Shown here piece by piece: positions 12,982 to 26,357 of a DNA stretch of 64,000 nucleotides. Origin of the DNA: Octopus vulgaris (taxonomy: Eukaryota); assembly GCA_951406725.2 (NCBI GenBank), contig OX597824.1, positions 11,904,001 through 11,968,000 of the forward strand, written 5' to 3'. Each line of letters begins with the position of its first letter. Position 1 is the first letter of the stretch. Both the position numbers and the translations under genes were made by a program. A model generated the notes under the pieces. That model was given only the letters and a program-made list of their open reading frames with translations. It was not told where the DNA came from and did no database searches.

Positions 12982-13503
12982 TCATATCAATGAGGAGGCA
13001 TGATTTTTGTAGTCTTTCAAAATAATGTCTGGCCTATTTGCATCTATCTTTCTGTCAGTTTGAATGGTGAAGTTCCAGAGGAGTGAGATGTGGTCATTTT
13101 CAAGCACTGGAGGTGATTTGTATTCCCACCAGTTTTTTTCATGGGGCAAATCCAGGTTTTTGCAAATTACCCAGTGGATATATTGTGCAGCTCTATTGTG
13201 CCTGTTGAGATACTCTGTAGGCGCTAGAAGACTGCACTTGGAGACAACATGATCAATGGTTTCATTTTGTTGTTGACATACACGACATGTTGGGCTACTG
13301 CCGTTCTTTAATATGTTGGCCTGGTAGTTTCTTGTTGATAGGCATTGATCTTGAGCTGCTATGATAAACCCTTCTGTTTCAGATTTTAAGCCAGAAGCCA
13401 TTAGCCATTGATGGGTAAGGGCTTTGTCAACATCTGCATTATTCGCTCTCTTTGGGTATTTGCCATAGAGAGGTTTTTCTTGCCATTTATCACTCAGAAT
13501 ATC
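12982..13503 (-). mobile_element. R4/Dong-like non-LTR retrotransposon fragment (CCHC knuckle plus restriction-like endonuclease)
   Basis: ETEGFIIAAQDQ..CRVC..ETIDHVVSKC..YLNRHN..LLWNF.IQTD...ANRPDIIL is the RLE-clade C-terminal signature. Confidence 0.85.
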
Positions 13504-16463
13504 TAAGGCAGAATATCATCATCATTTTCTTTCACCAAGCATGGGAGTGGCTGTGTGGTGCATAGCTTGTTTACCAACCACATGGTTCCGGGTTCAGTCC
13601 CACTGCGTGGCACCTTGGGCAAGTGTCTTCTACTGTAGCCTTGGGTCGACCAAAGCCTTGTGAGTGGATTTGGTAAACGGAAACTGAAAGAAGCCCGTCG
13701 TATATATGTATATATATATATGTGTGTGTGAGTCTGTGTGTATGTTTGTGTGTCTGTGTTTGTCCCCCCAACATCGCTTGACAACAAATGCTGGTGTGTT
13801 TACGTTCCCGTAACTTAGAGGTTCAGCAAAAGAGACTGATAGAATAAGTACTAGGCTTTCAAAGAATAAGTCCTGGGGTCGATTTGCTCGACTAAAGGTC
13901 GTGCTTCAGCATGGCCACAGTCAAATGACTGAAACAAGTAAAAGAGTTAACGATTAACTGAGTATTTCCTTATCAGCACCATTGGTTTCCTCTGCAGAGC
14001 AAAGCAATAAAGATGATTTAGGAATACTTACTTGTAGGAAAACGATCCAGTACATTTGGGTGTATTAATCAGGGTGTGTATAGCATGTTTAGAGATGACA
14101 TTTTTCTCATTCCATGCTGGAAGAAACAAATACTTGAATATTATTTTCAAGAAGTCTTTTATAAACACCCACTTGTCACTTCAATATTCTTTTTATATAT
14201 GAACACAAACCAATCTGATAATTGTTTGTTTTTGTATTTTGTTTGTTCTTTGTTCTGTTTTTTTACATCTTACTCATGTTTTTGTTTCAACTTAATGCCA
14301 CATTCAAAATTCCATTGCTTTGATGCCAAAAGTTTTGGCCTTCAGTTTATTTGTTCAGGTCATTTCTTACTGTCTCAGTTCTCTTTTATTCTGTTTCAGT
14401 CATTTGACTGTGGCCATGCTGGAGCACCGCCTTTAGTCGAGCAAATCGACCCCCAGGACTTATTCTTTGAAAGCCTTAGTACCTATTCTATCGGTCTCTT
14501 TTGCCAAACCGCTAAATTACAGGGACGTATACACACCAGCATTGGTTGTCAAGTGACATTGGGGGTACAAACACTGACACACAAACATATACACATACAC
14601 ATACACACACATATATATACATATATATGATAGGGCTTCTTTCAGTTTCCGTCTAAAAAATCCACTCAGAAGGCTTTGGTCTGCTTGAGGCTATAGTAGA
14701 AGACACTTGCCCAAGGTGCCACACAGCGGGACTGAACCCGGAACCATGTGGTTGGTAAGCAAGCTACTTACCACACAACAGGGCATCTTATCTTTACAAT
14801 TTGAAATATTCAGAAAAAAAAGAATGGTATATAAGGATAACTGAACAGGGTTTATTGAAAAACATAGGCAAACTAAATTAAGTTTTATTAGAAACATCAG
14901 AACACTTCTACATGGGCTCCTTTGGTTGCACACCACACATCTAGATGATCTCAACTTTAATTGGTACAATGGATCGTGGAAGTTGTAAAGATAATTTAAA
15001 AACACTCTGTATGTATATCATGTGTGTGTGTGTGTGTGTTGACATTATACAAGGGTTGTAAACAAACATCATTGTCATACAAGTGGTGTACTTTGTTTCC
15101 AGTCTTTCATGAAGACGAGTCTGACCAGGGGTAAATATTACCTTCATTGGAAACAAGTGAGGGTTGATGACAGGAAGGGCATTTGGACAGAGAAAATCAG
15201 CAGATCCAAACAAACATATTTATTTCATTTCATCTAGTTTCAGCTCACGAGCTGTGGCCATGCTGGGGCACCGCCATTTATTTCATATATGAAATAGTTG
15301 TAGAATCAACAGCTTCAGTGTTTCATCTACCCTCCCCACACACACACACATATACAAACTATAATTGGATGTACATCACCAATAGCAAGTGTAGAGGAAC
15401 AGCCACTGTCCTGATCTCTAGTATTCAATGGCATAAATTCAGTGAGGGATCCTTCTCTAGGCGTAGGAGTGGCTGTGTCGTAAATAGCTTGCTTACGAAC
15501 CACATGGTTCCAGGCTCAGTCCCACTGTGTGGCACCTTGGGCAAGTGTCTTCGACTATAGCCTTGGGCCAACCATACCCTTGTGAGTGGATTTGGTAGAC
15601 AGAAACTGAATGAAGCCCGTCATATATATGTATGTATGTGTGTGTATATGTTTGTGTGTCTGTGTTTGTCTCCACAACATCGCTTAGCGGTTCGACTGGA
15701 GTCTGGGAAGCCAGAAGGTTGCACCAGGCCCTAGTCTGATCTGGTAGTGTTTCTACAGCTGGATGCCCTTCCTAACGCCAACCACTCCGTAAGTGTAGTT
15801 GGGTGCTTTTTATGTGCCACCAGCACAGGGGCCAGGCGAGGCTGGCAATGGCCACGATCTGTTGGTGCTTTTTTATGTGCCAGGAAAACTCGAGCGCATG
15901 CCAAAACCACGAATGGTCATAGTCACAACAACTGACCGCAGATAGATAGATAAATATAAATAGCATATCTGCTTGCTTGCGAAAACCTGTTGGGGCAAGG
16001 GAAATCGAAATTGAACCAAGTTCGATGACTGGCACCCATGCCAGTGGAGCGCTAACAGCTCTATCCAAGCATGTTCACTGCCAGAGCAGCTGTCTGGCAC
16101 GTAAAGAGCACCATTTGAGCGTGATCGATGTCAGCGTCACCTCACTGACACTTGTGCTGGTGGCATGTGAACAAAACATTTGAGCGAGGTCATTGCCAGT
16201 GCTGCTGGACTGACTCTCGTGCAGGTGGCACATAAAAAAAAACACCATTTTTGAGCGTGGCCGTTGCCAGTACCGCCAGACTGGCCCTCGTGCCAGTGGC
16301 ATTTTAAAAGCACCCACTACACTCTCGGAGTGGTTGGCGTTAGGAAAGGCATCCAGCTGTAGAAACTCTGCTAGATCAGACTGGAGCCTGGCACAGCCAT
16401 CTGGTTTGCCAGACCTCAGTCAAATCGTCCAACCCATGCTAACATGGAAAGCAGACGTTAAAC

Positions 16464-16544
<81 letters not shown>

Positions 16545-16875
16545 AATGATCTGAATATGCAGTATAAGTTTCAGCTAATCAGTAGAGTGATATAGTTGGA
16601 GCAGCAGTTCTCTGGGTTGCACCCAGTTGTTTGGTTGTATATCTACCTGCGTGCCTTGTGCCTGCTTGATCAGAGCTGATCTGCACCAACACTTCCACAA
16701 CAACTGCAATAACAGCAACCTCAAGTTAACAACCTGTGCATCACCTTAATATCCGTGTACTCATTTGACTCTCTAATTGAAATTATTTAACAACTGGTGT
16801 CTGGGTTATAGTTCTGTACCACCTCTGCCTCTCCTCCCTCTGATATACATATACATATATATATTTATATATATA

Positions 16876-17016
<141 letters not shown>

Positions 17017-17405
17017 TGACACGCCCATAAATGTATTTTTAAATTTAAACACGCAGAAAAAAAAAACAAATTGTACCTGAAAGTAGGTTTTTTTATTATT
17101 TTATTTTATTTTATTTTATTTTATTTTATTTTATTACTTAGTGCAGAACTGATGTAAACATTTAACAAACTGGTAAAACAACTTAACTTTAAAAATAATA
17201 TTCCAGTTTAACATTATTATTATTATTTTTGTATTTGCCCTTTCTAATTTTGGTACAAGGCCACCAATTTTGAGCGGAAGGAGAAGTTGATTACACTGAC
17301 CTCAGTTTTCAACTAGTATTTTATTGGACGAAGGGAAAGTTGACCTTGGCAGAAATGCCGCTCAGCATTTTAGTTTCTTACCTTGATTGTTATTATTATT
17401 ATTAC

Positions 17406-17444
<39 letters not shown>

Positions 17445-17820
17445 TATTATTCTGTGTTTGACTTTTGTTTTATATTTGTACAAGTTGGCTCCAAGTCTCA
17501 CCCAGAGACCTCAAGAGACAACAGGTTGGAAGTTTGTGATGTTGTTATGCCTAGTGTGCCATATATTTGGTTTTGTATTTAGTGTTGTACTAGTGAATGT
17601 CAAAAAAACGAAAACTATGTTTGTTTTAAAACTTCAGATTACACAGAAAGTATTTTGCGTAGGATATGAGCAGTTCCCATGAGCACTATCTTTTGAATTT
17701 CTACCATTTTGGGGTTTCCTGATTTCTGAATTAGGTAGCGATCAGCCCCTTTTGCTATCATTCCCAGGGCACCTATGACAACAGGTTTTGTTTTAGTCTT
17801 CAGGTTCCACATTTTGCTGT
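17445..17820 (-). mobile_element. R4/Dong-like LINE 3' end between (TAA)n tracts
   Basis: The minus strand reads WNLKTKTKPVVIGALGMIAKG..IQKIVLMGTAHILRKILS*, then a 3' UTR ending in (TAA)n. Related fragment at about 18150-18435(-): PVIVGALGMIKKG. Confidence 0.75.
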
Positions 17821-18077
17821 TATTATTATTATTATTATTATCATTACATTAAGACGGCAAGCTGGTAGAATCATTAGCACATCAGGTGAAATATTTAGCG
17901 GTATTTCACCCATTGCTACATTCTAAGTTCAAAGATCGACTTTACCCTTCATCCTTTCGGGGTCAATAAAATAAGTACCAGTTAAACACTGCGGTCAATG
18001 TAATCGACTCATCCCCCTCCCCCAAAATTGCTGCTCTTGTGGCAAAATTTGAAGCCATTATTATTATTATTATTATA

Positions 18078-18124
<47 letters not shown>

Positions 18125-19252
18125 GTTACTTTTAATCTGCATGTTTGTTACAGTCACTTGCCGAGACACACTCAGCATCCTGGGGTGAGTGAAGGATAAG
18201 AGATGTTACAGTATGACTGAAAGCTTGGGTGGGGGGAGGTAGTGAAATATCTTCATGTAATACAACACAGATATTTAAATGGATAGGGTTTTTTAAGGAT
18301 GTGGGCAGTACTTATAAACACAATCTTTTGGATTTCTCTGGATTTCTCCTGGGATTTTATCTAGATGTTTCTGATATCCCTTTTTTTATCATACCTAGGG
18401 CACCTACAATAACAGGAACTGTTCTCGTATTAGGACTTCTTGTTTTATTATTATTATTATTGAGTGAAAGAGCAGTGTATGCCATCAAAGTGACATTGAG
18501 GTACAAATATATGAAGCTCAATATACCTATCATGACTACCTGTCTGATAAGGGTACACCAGACACATGCATCACAGCCATATGTACACGACATGCTGATC
18601 TCATATCAAGATAAATAGTACATGACCTTGCAGGTGGGGCCAAGTTAGAATTTTCTTCAGGTTGAGTAGCCCATCCTGCTCAAAAGGTCCCTGACTAAGG
18701 TTTGTTTAAAGATGTTGAAAGTACCACCCATGTTTCCAGAGGTGACTTATTCAAACCCCAAAGAATTCCTGTCAACACATACCTGTGATACTCCCCAATA
18801 ATGCCTGCTCTTGATCAGAGACACACATATCATCAGCCACTAAGGGACATGCTCAATTGGTTAAGGTCAAGCAACTGACAAGCAAATCTGTGGTATTGAG
18901 CAGAATATTTGCTGTAGCCCATCTTTTATACCAAGGCAAAACAATGTACATGATAACACTTCCAATCAGTTGAGATCAGAAGCCATGAGAGCCACTGCCT
19001 GGTACTGCATCAGGGAATTTATTATTATTAACCATTTGTGTATTATCTGAGCTGTCCACATGTCTGTCTCTCAAATTTCACCTGAAGTCAGTCATTCTTC
19101 TGCATGCTGTGCACTTTATCCAGATACAACAAGTGGGAGAGAGAGAGGAAGAGAGTGAGAGAGCAGAAGAGAGAAAGAGAGAGAGAGAGAGCTGAAGAGA
19201 GAAAGAGAGAGAGAGAGAGGGCAGATGAGAGAAAGAGAGCGGAAGAGAGAAT

Positions 19253-19286
<34 letters not shown>

Positions 19287-19309
19287 TGGAAGAGTGAAAG
19301 AGAGAATGA

Positions 19310-19345
<36 letters not shown>

Positions 19346-20479
19346 AGGAAGAGAGAATGAGAGAATTACAATTTATTGATTAAAAATGATAGACAGAAAC
19401 ACTTTCCTTTCTCCTCATACACATAAAGAGAAATGGGTTTACATACATAAAGAGAGAGAGAGAAAAAGAAAGGGAGAGAGAGAAAGAAAGAGAGGCAGAT
19501 AGAGATACATAGATAGATAGAGAGAGAGAGAAAGAGAGAGCACAAAAGGAAGACAGAGACACAGAGAGAGAATGAGAGAAATATTAAAATGCCTGGTGTC
19601 AAATTAGTCAGCATCAGATCAACGATGCTAAATTGGTGGCACAAAAACGTCTCGTTCCCCTGCTGGGGCACTGCCACCAATGGTGACAGCAACTCAATGT
19701 TGCTAACACTGTTTCTGTTGTATATCTCTTTACTCTTTTACTCTTTTACTTGTTTCAGTCATTTGACTGCGGCCATGCTGGAGCACCGCCTTTAATCGAG
19801 CAACTCGACACCCGGGACTTATTCTTTTGTAAGCCCAGTACTTATTCTATCGGTCTCTTTTGCCGAACCGCTAAGTGACGGGGACATAAACACACCAGCA
19901 TCGGTTGTCAAGCAATGCTAGGGGGACAAACACAGACACACACACACAGACACGCATATATATATATATATATACATATATACGACGGGCTTCTTTGAGT
20001 TTCCGTCTACCAAATCCACTCACAAGGCATTGGTCGTCCCGGGGCTATAGCAGAAGACACTTGCCCAAGGTGCCACGCAGTGGGACTGAACCCGGAACCA
20101 TGTGGCTGGTAAGCAAGCTACTTGCCACACAGCCACTCCTGCGCCTATATCTGCATATTTTGAAATCCATGTTTCATCATGTTTATTTATTGCATGTTCA
20201 TGGCTTGTTTTTCTCATTGAAAACCAGGTGTTGCTTTCGATTCGTCAGGTGAATAGTCAATGATGAAACTGTCCCAACATGTTTCTTTCTATCTGTCATT
20301 ATTCTTTATTCTTGTTTCATCATGCGTGTTCTTATTAAGGATGGATGAAAAAATTTTTTTAAATATTCATTAATAAATCATGAAGTATAAATTATCAAGC
20401 TGAGTAAAACGCAAGCAACGTTTTTGAAACATGAAATTCATCACAATATATTTAAAAAAAAACAGAAATTTTATTCATC

Positions 20480-21470
20480 AAAGTGAGTATCATTACAATA
20501 AACACATTTTTGCCAATGAGTTACAAGTTTGTTTATTCTGGTAACACAAAAATATGGGTTTCTGAATGAACTCTTTCAATGCACTTTCAGCACCGGTTTG
20601 ATTTTTGAACTCCTTCTCTCACAAGAAACCATCAAGGTGCTTGAAAAAGTGGTAGTCAGAAGGAGAAAAGTCTGGGGAATAAGCTGGGTAGGGAAGAACT
20701 TTGTGGCCAAGTTCCCTTCAACTTCTGGAACATCATTAGTGAAATGTGTAGTTAAGCATTGTCCTCAAGAATGATTGGCGCTGTCTTCTGTTGACCTGTC
20801 TGGGATGGATGAGTAACAGTTTTACATTCATTTTGGCAATTTCATGGCGATATGTTTCTGCGGTAATGGTTTTTCTGGGCTTTAAAAAGTTATAGTGGAG
20901 GAATCCAGCAGTACACCACCAAACAGTTACCACAACCTTCTTTCTGAAGAGCTCAGGTTTAGGGAAGGTTTTCTGTTCTTCATTTTGGTCCAACCACTGC
21001 AAAGAACGTATTTTATTATTGTACAGAATCCACTTTTCATCACAAGTTACAATACAGTTGAGAAATGGATTGGTCTGGTTACGGAGGAGCGATGAGCAAA
21101 TTTCATGTCTGACCATTTTCTGATTTTCATTCAAATCATGTGGTACCTATTTGTTGGACTTTTTTGATTTTCCAATCGCATGGAAATGGTTACAGGCAGT
21201 TTTCTGGCTAACTTGAAATTCTTTTGCCAATTTTCAAGTGGTTTTACGTGGATCTATCTCAATGACGGTCTTTAATTGATCGTCATTGATGACAGATGAG
21301 TGTCCACTATGCTCACAATCTTCAAGGCTCATGTCTCCACTGCGAAATCGCTTCAACCATTTTAAAGCTGACCACTCACTGGTCATTTCCTCACCAAATG
21401 TTTCACTGATATCACAAGCAGTTTCAGCTGCTTTACGCCTTTTTTTGAAGTTCAATAGCAAAATTCAATG
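20480..21470 (-). mobile_element. Decayed mariner transposase
   Basis: Frameshifted pieces: AAETACDISETFGEE..WLKRFRSGD.SLED; VPHDLNENQK..IVTCDEKWILYNN; YSPDFSPSDYHFF. Confidence 0.9.
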
Positions 21471-21816
21471 CCAGGATTTCAACATTTTTGGCACAAGGCC
21501 AGCAGTTTTGAGGGAGCAGATAAGTCAATTATATGGACCCCAATGCCCAACTTGTACATATTTTATCAACTCTAAAAAAGATGGAAAGCAAAGTCGACCT
21601 TGGCAGCATAGAATTCTGAAAAATTGATCTAAATTCACTGAAATGTGTCAGCCTGATTTTTCATTTACTTCACATGGTTGAATTGAGGAAAGGATATTTG
21701 CAATATCAATATATGGATATTTTGTTTACAGCATTGATTTGACCAATCAATCAGATTTTAAGACCACAACTGTAGTGGAAGAGATGCACAAGACAAATGG
21801 CCTTGAAGTGTTTAGT

Positions 21817-21880
21817 TTGATTGATTGATTGATTCTAGTTTCAGCTCACGAGCTGTGGCCATGCTGGGGCACTGCCATTT
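21817..21880 (-). mobile_element. Short LINE-like 3' tail with stem-loop and (AATC)n end
   Basis: The minus strand reads AAATGGCAGTGCCCCAGCATGGCCACAGCTCGTGAGCTGAAACTAG(AATC)n. Same unit at about 15220-15279(-) and 25033-25095(+). Confidence 0.65.
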
Positions 21881-22178
21881 AAAAATTAGATTGGTGTTCA
21901 GTTATATCGAACAGGCTGCTAACCGACAACTATTCACAGGTGCGATCCCACTACTGCTCGACACGGGGCCTTTTGCCTGCTGCGTTTCCGCCCTGGGCCG
22001 AAGCGACCCTCCTTAGACAACCTGGTCCTGATGAGCTCCCTCTCCAGCACCATATTGATGCCGAGCTTAGCGCGGACACCCGGTCGCCATAGAAGACCGA
22101 CTACCAGGACTCCCATCCTCAAACCGGCCAACCAACCAAGCCTCCGAGTAGCTAGATTACAGGAGCACGCCACAACTC
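21881..22178 (-). ncRNA. Signal recognition particle RNA (7SL), gene or recent retrocopy
   Basis: The 298-nt minus strand is colinear with metazoan 7SL. Alu-domain TGGCGTGCTCCTGTAATCTAGCTACTCGGAGGCT (UGUNR motif); GGGTGTCCGCGCTAAGCTCGGCATCAATATGGTG; helix-6 GAG-GGAG-CTC; helix-8 CCCAGGGCG-GAAA-CGCAGCAGG; CAGTAGTGGGATCGCACCTGTGAATAG; ends in a T5 Pol III terminator. The first few nt appear absent. Confidence 0.93.
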
Positions 22179-22182
22179 TTAA

Positions 22183-22393
22183 CCCTTTCATTACTGTATT
22201 TATTTTGAGATGCTCTGTGTTTCTTTCAATTACTTTAAATATAACAAAGAATTTAGTAAAATAACTTAGTCATCATTCAGCTTGTGTTAGGAACATAAAT
22301 TGTGACTAAGGTTTGGTGGAAGATTTTAATTAAGAACTTATGAAAACGAGACATCTGTACTAAAGAGCCAGAGCTGGGTTGGTAACGAAAGGG
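22183..22393. mobile_element. piggyBac-type MITE (same family as 8091-8534)
   Basis: TTAA|CCCTTTC...GAAAGGG|TTAA. Another copy at 59813-60032. Confidence 0.85.
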
Positions 22394-23578
22394 TTAATAT
22401 CTTCAGTTCAAATCCTACCAACATTGATTCAGGCTTTCATCTTTTCAGATTAATAAAACGATAACCTTAAAGTGTGAAGCTGGCAGAATTTATAGCATAC
22501 TGGACAAAATGGTTAACAGCATTTCATCTTTCTTTACATTCTGGGTTCAAATTTCACAGAGGTCAACTTTGTCTTTTGTCCTCTCGGGGTTCAGTAAAAT
22601 AAGTATCAGTTAAGCACATGGGTTGATGTAACTCTCCCCTAAAATTGTTGGCCTTGTGCCAAAATTTGAAACAAATAAATTAAGAACCAGTGGGATACTG
22701 TGGCTAAATTTCATTGACTATTTCTTTCTCCAAAGTGTGGGATGAACTGGCAGAATTATTAGTATGTTGGGCAAAATGTTAGGCAGCATTTCTTCTAGTT
22801 CTTTAAGTGCTGAGTTCAAATCCTGCCGAGGTCAAGTTTGCCTCTCATCCCATCAGGATTGAGTAAATGAAGTACTAGTCAAGTGCTGGAGTTAATACCA
22901 TCAACTTGGCCCCTCCCCTCAAAAATTGCTGACCTGGAATTCTGGAATGGACTTATGTCCCATTCAGGTTAATGTGTAAACTCAGTCACTAATACATCAC
23001 AGAAACCAGGCAACCAAGCTTACAAGTCCCAGGACTTGAGAAAAAGTGTGGGACCTTGTGTCATCATCAATATCATCACTGTTTTAACATCTACATTTCC
23101 ATGCCCTCATGGGTCAGATGATACCTTCTTGAGGTAAATTTTTTCTAAGACCAAATGCTCATCCTGTTGCCAACTCCTACCATTTTCCAAATAGAATAAT
23201 ATTTTCCTTAGTTCTTAGAACAACGAATAACTCAACAGTTGGACAAAAAAAGTAACATTATTTGTATAATAGTGACTTTTCATTACAATTAATACTCTTA
23301 GTTAGCTAGCATCGGTCAGATGGAACTCATTGAAGCAGATTTCCTGTGCCAAGATGCCCTTGTTCTTACCAATCTTCATCTGTTTCCAAGCAAGGAAATA
23401 TTCCCCCATAGCTAGACATGTTTTCATGGAAGTTAGGAAACATGAGACATTGTTTCTGTGAGGGTGAAGCTTGTTTATTACCATTGTGTGATGTCAAGAC
23501 AAGGAGACAGATATGCACACACACATACACAAAAATATATGTAGATATACATGTGTGGGTGTGTGTGTTTACATATAT

Positions 23579-23790
23579 GGGGTGCTAAAAAGTTCTTGGC
23601 TTTGGGCAAAAGAAAATACTTGAGGATCAGTTAATTATGATTTTACTCAACATATTTCCCTCTCAGATTCACACACTTATTGCAGTGGTCCTTCAGTTTC
23701 TCTAAGCCCTGTAAAAGAACTCGAACAATTGGGCCTCCAACCAGGCCTTTCATAATACCCTTAAAGCCAAGAACCTTTCAGCACCCACCC
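23579..23790. mobile_element. Mariner-derived MITE
   Basis: Terminal inverted repeats gggtgctaaaaagttcttggcttt / aaagccaagaacctttcagcaccc. Confidence 0.7.
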
Positions 23791-23879
23791 CATATGTCTG
23801 TCTGTCTATATGTATGTATGAGTTGCACATGAGAAAGTAAGGAGGGATGTCAGGAAGGGCATCGCTGTTACACTTCCAG

Positions 23880-24300
23880 ATGGGAAGGGTCTTCCTATGA
23901 TGTTGACATGCAGTGTCTGTGCAAGACCCTGCCTCAGTAAAGCTGGACTCAAGGGTCATCTTCGTAGTCATAAAGCGAGACAGATGAGTGTCAACTTGGC
24001 CACTGGTGGTGGTGTAACATACCATACTAATCATATCTGTCTGGCATGTGGAAGAGAGTGTAATTCGGCAGGAGGACTTAAATGACATGCAAAGGTACAT
24101 GAAGCCCAGTTACAACTACAGCTGGCTATTGCCGGTAAAGGCTTTAGTTGCCAATTCTGTACAAGACATTTTAGACCTTTAGCTGGGCTAAAAAGTCACA
24201 TTTGATCACAGCACCAGTAACAGTTAAGCTTCGTGCAATGGCCATACCCGATAACGAGGGGGCCGCCATAATGTATGTATGTATGTATGTATGTATGTAT
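23880..24300 (+). mobile_element. LINE (probably RTE clade) 3' end encoding three C2H2-like zinc fingers, with stops
   Basis: CSVCARPCLSKAGLKGHLRSH; CLACGRECNSAGGLK*HAKVH; CQFC..AGLKSHI*SQH, then a short UTR and an (atgt)n tail. Confidence 0.6.
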
Positions 24301-25137
24301 GTGTGTGTGTATGTGTGTGTGTGTGTGTATGTATGTAAGATATGTATGTATGTGTTTCCATGAACCAAATCCACTCACAAAGCTTTGGTCAACCTGAGGC
24401 TGTAGTAGCAGACATTACCCAGCATACCTCACAGTGACACCAAGCCCCAAACCCCTAACCCTAAACCCCAAACCACATGGTTGCAAAATAAACTCCTTAA
24501 TCACATAAGCCCTGCCTGAACGTAGTTCATTCATGCTTCTGTCTGTTCATATATTTAAAATAGTTAGCATTAGAAACCTAATTAAAAATAATTATGTGAT
24601 AAGGAAAAGGTATTAGCTTGATGACTGATGTTATTTCAATTATATTGACAAATATAGCAAGCAGGGTGCTGGGGATGTTTCTACATCGGTAGGTTGCTTT
24701 AGTAAAGAATGTTAAATATTCATATCTGCTCATGTGCAATATTGTGCATCTAATTAGTAGGGAATCAAGCAATTGGGTATTGTTATTTGTTGGATGCTGG
24801 TAATATGGCACGACTGACTGGACATGGAATCTGTTTTGGTGCCAGTACTGTTTAGCACTGGAGACTAACACAAATGCTCGCAGATAAAGCTGGACCTCTT
24901 CCTGTCAGGTGTCCCAGATGAACCAACTTCGCAGCAGGAGGTGCAGATGAGGGCAGCTGCATCAAACTCTCTCAGGCACCAAATGTCAATTGCTAAAAAA
25001 ACATTCATGAAGTAAAATTATGTAGCAACACCAAATGGCGGTGCCCCAGCATGGCCACAGCTCGTGAGCTGAAACTAGATGAAATAAATAAATGAAATAA
25101 AAAAAGATATACATGAACAGACATATACACATACTGT

Positions 25138-25191
<54 letters not shown>

Positions 25192-25504
25192 TGGGTAAAT
25201 AGATAGATAGAATAATAGAGAGTGAGAGAGAGAGAGAGAGAGAAATGGTGAGGTACATTACAATTTATAGATTGAACATGATTGACATAAAAACTTACCC
25301 TCTCCTCAAACACATAAAGAGAAATATGATCACACACATAAACAGAGAGAAAGACACACATACAGAAAGAGACAGACATTAGGCACAGGCTTGGCTGTGT
25401 GGTAAGAAGCTTGCTTCCAACCACATGATTCCAGGTTCAGTCTCACTGCACGGCACCTTGGGAAAGTGTCTTCTGCTATAACCTCGGGCCAACCATACAC
25501 ACAC

Positions 25505-25535
<31 letters not shown>

Positions 25536-25538
25536 TAG

Positions 25539-25572
<34 letters not shown>

Positions 25573-25573
25573 G

Positions 25574-25607
<34 letters not shown>

Positions 25608-25699
25608 TAATTAAATAATAAGGGTAGAAATTGATATTAATCAATTAAAACCAGTTGCTTAGCATATTTTTAAAAATCTGAAGATTAAAGATTTTATAA

Positions 25700-25849
25700 A
25701 TACAAAATTTAAAGGACTGACCACTAAAAGTGGACAGTCTATATGCTAAACATAGATGTCAAATCGCCTTCGTGGTAAATGGCGATTTGACATCTATGTT
25801 TAGCAAATAGGCTGTCCACTTTTAGTGGTCAGTCTTCTAAATTTTGTAT
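25700..25849. repeat. Foldback hairpin in a TA-rich microsatellite inside a SINE A copy
   Basis: Arms 25700-25768 and 25781-25849 are reverse complements with few mismatches; 12-nt loop. Confidence 0.9.
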
Positions 25850-26357
25850 ATAGATATATATGTGTGTGTGTGTGTGTGTGTATTTATGTGTGTCTTTGTG
25901 TCTGTGTTTATCTCTCTTCACTTGGCAACTGATGCTGGTGTGTTTACATCCCTGTAACTTAGCAGTTCAGCAAAAGAAACCGATACAATAAGTACCAGGC
26001 TTACAAAGAATAAGTCCTGGGGTCGATTTCTTCAACTAAAAGGCGGTGCCCAAGTAAAAGAGTAAAAGAATTACAATATATTAATTGAATACGACTGATA
26101 TAAACATGTTGCCTCTCCTCATACAAATAGAAAAATATGCTCACACGCAGAAAGAGAAAGAGAGACAGACAGACAGACAGAGAGATTAAAACGTCTGATG
26201 TCAAATAAGTCACCTTCAAATAAGTCACACCAAATAGGTGCCATCAAAACAGCTGTGCCAAAATGTCTCATGTCTTACTTAGTGATTGTTCATTCATTCT
26301 TTCAGCAAGTATGGTGAAGTCTGAGTTTCCCTGAAAAAATGTAATAAGACTGAAACA

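Noticed and set aside
24445-24475. CCCTAA-like run as an interstitial telomere
   Set aside because: Only two proper units, inside a decayed SINE.
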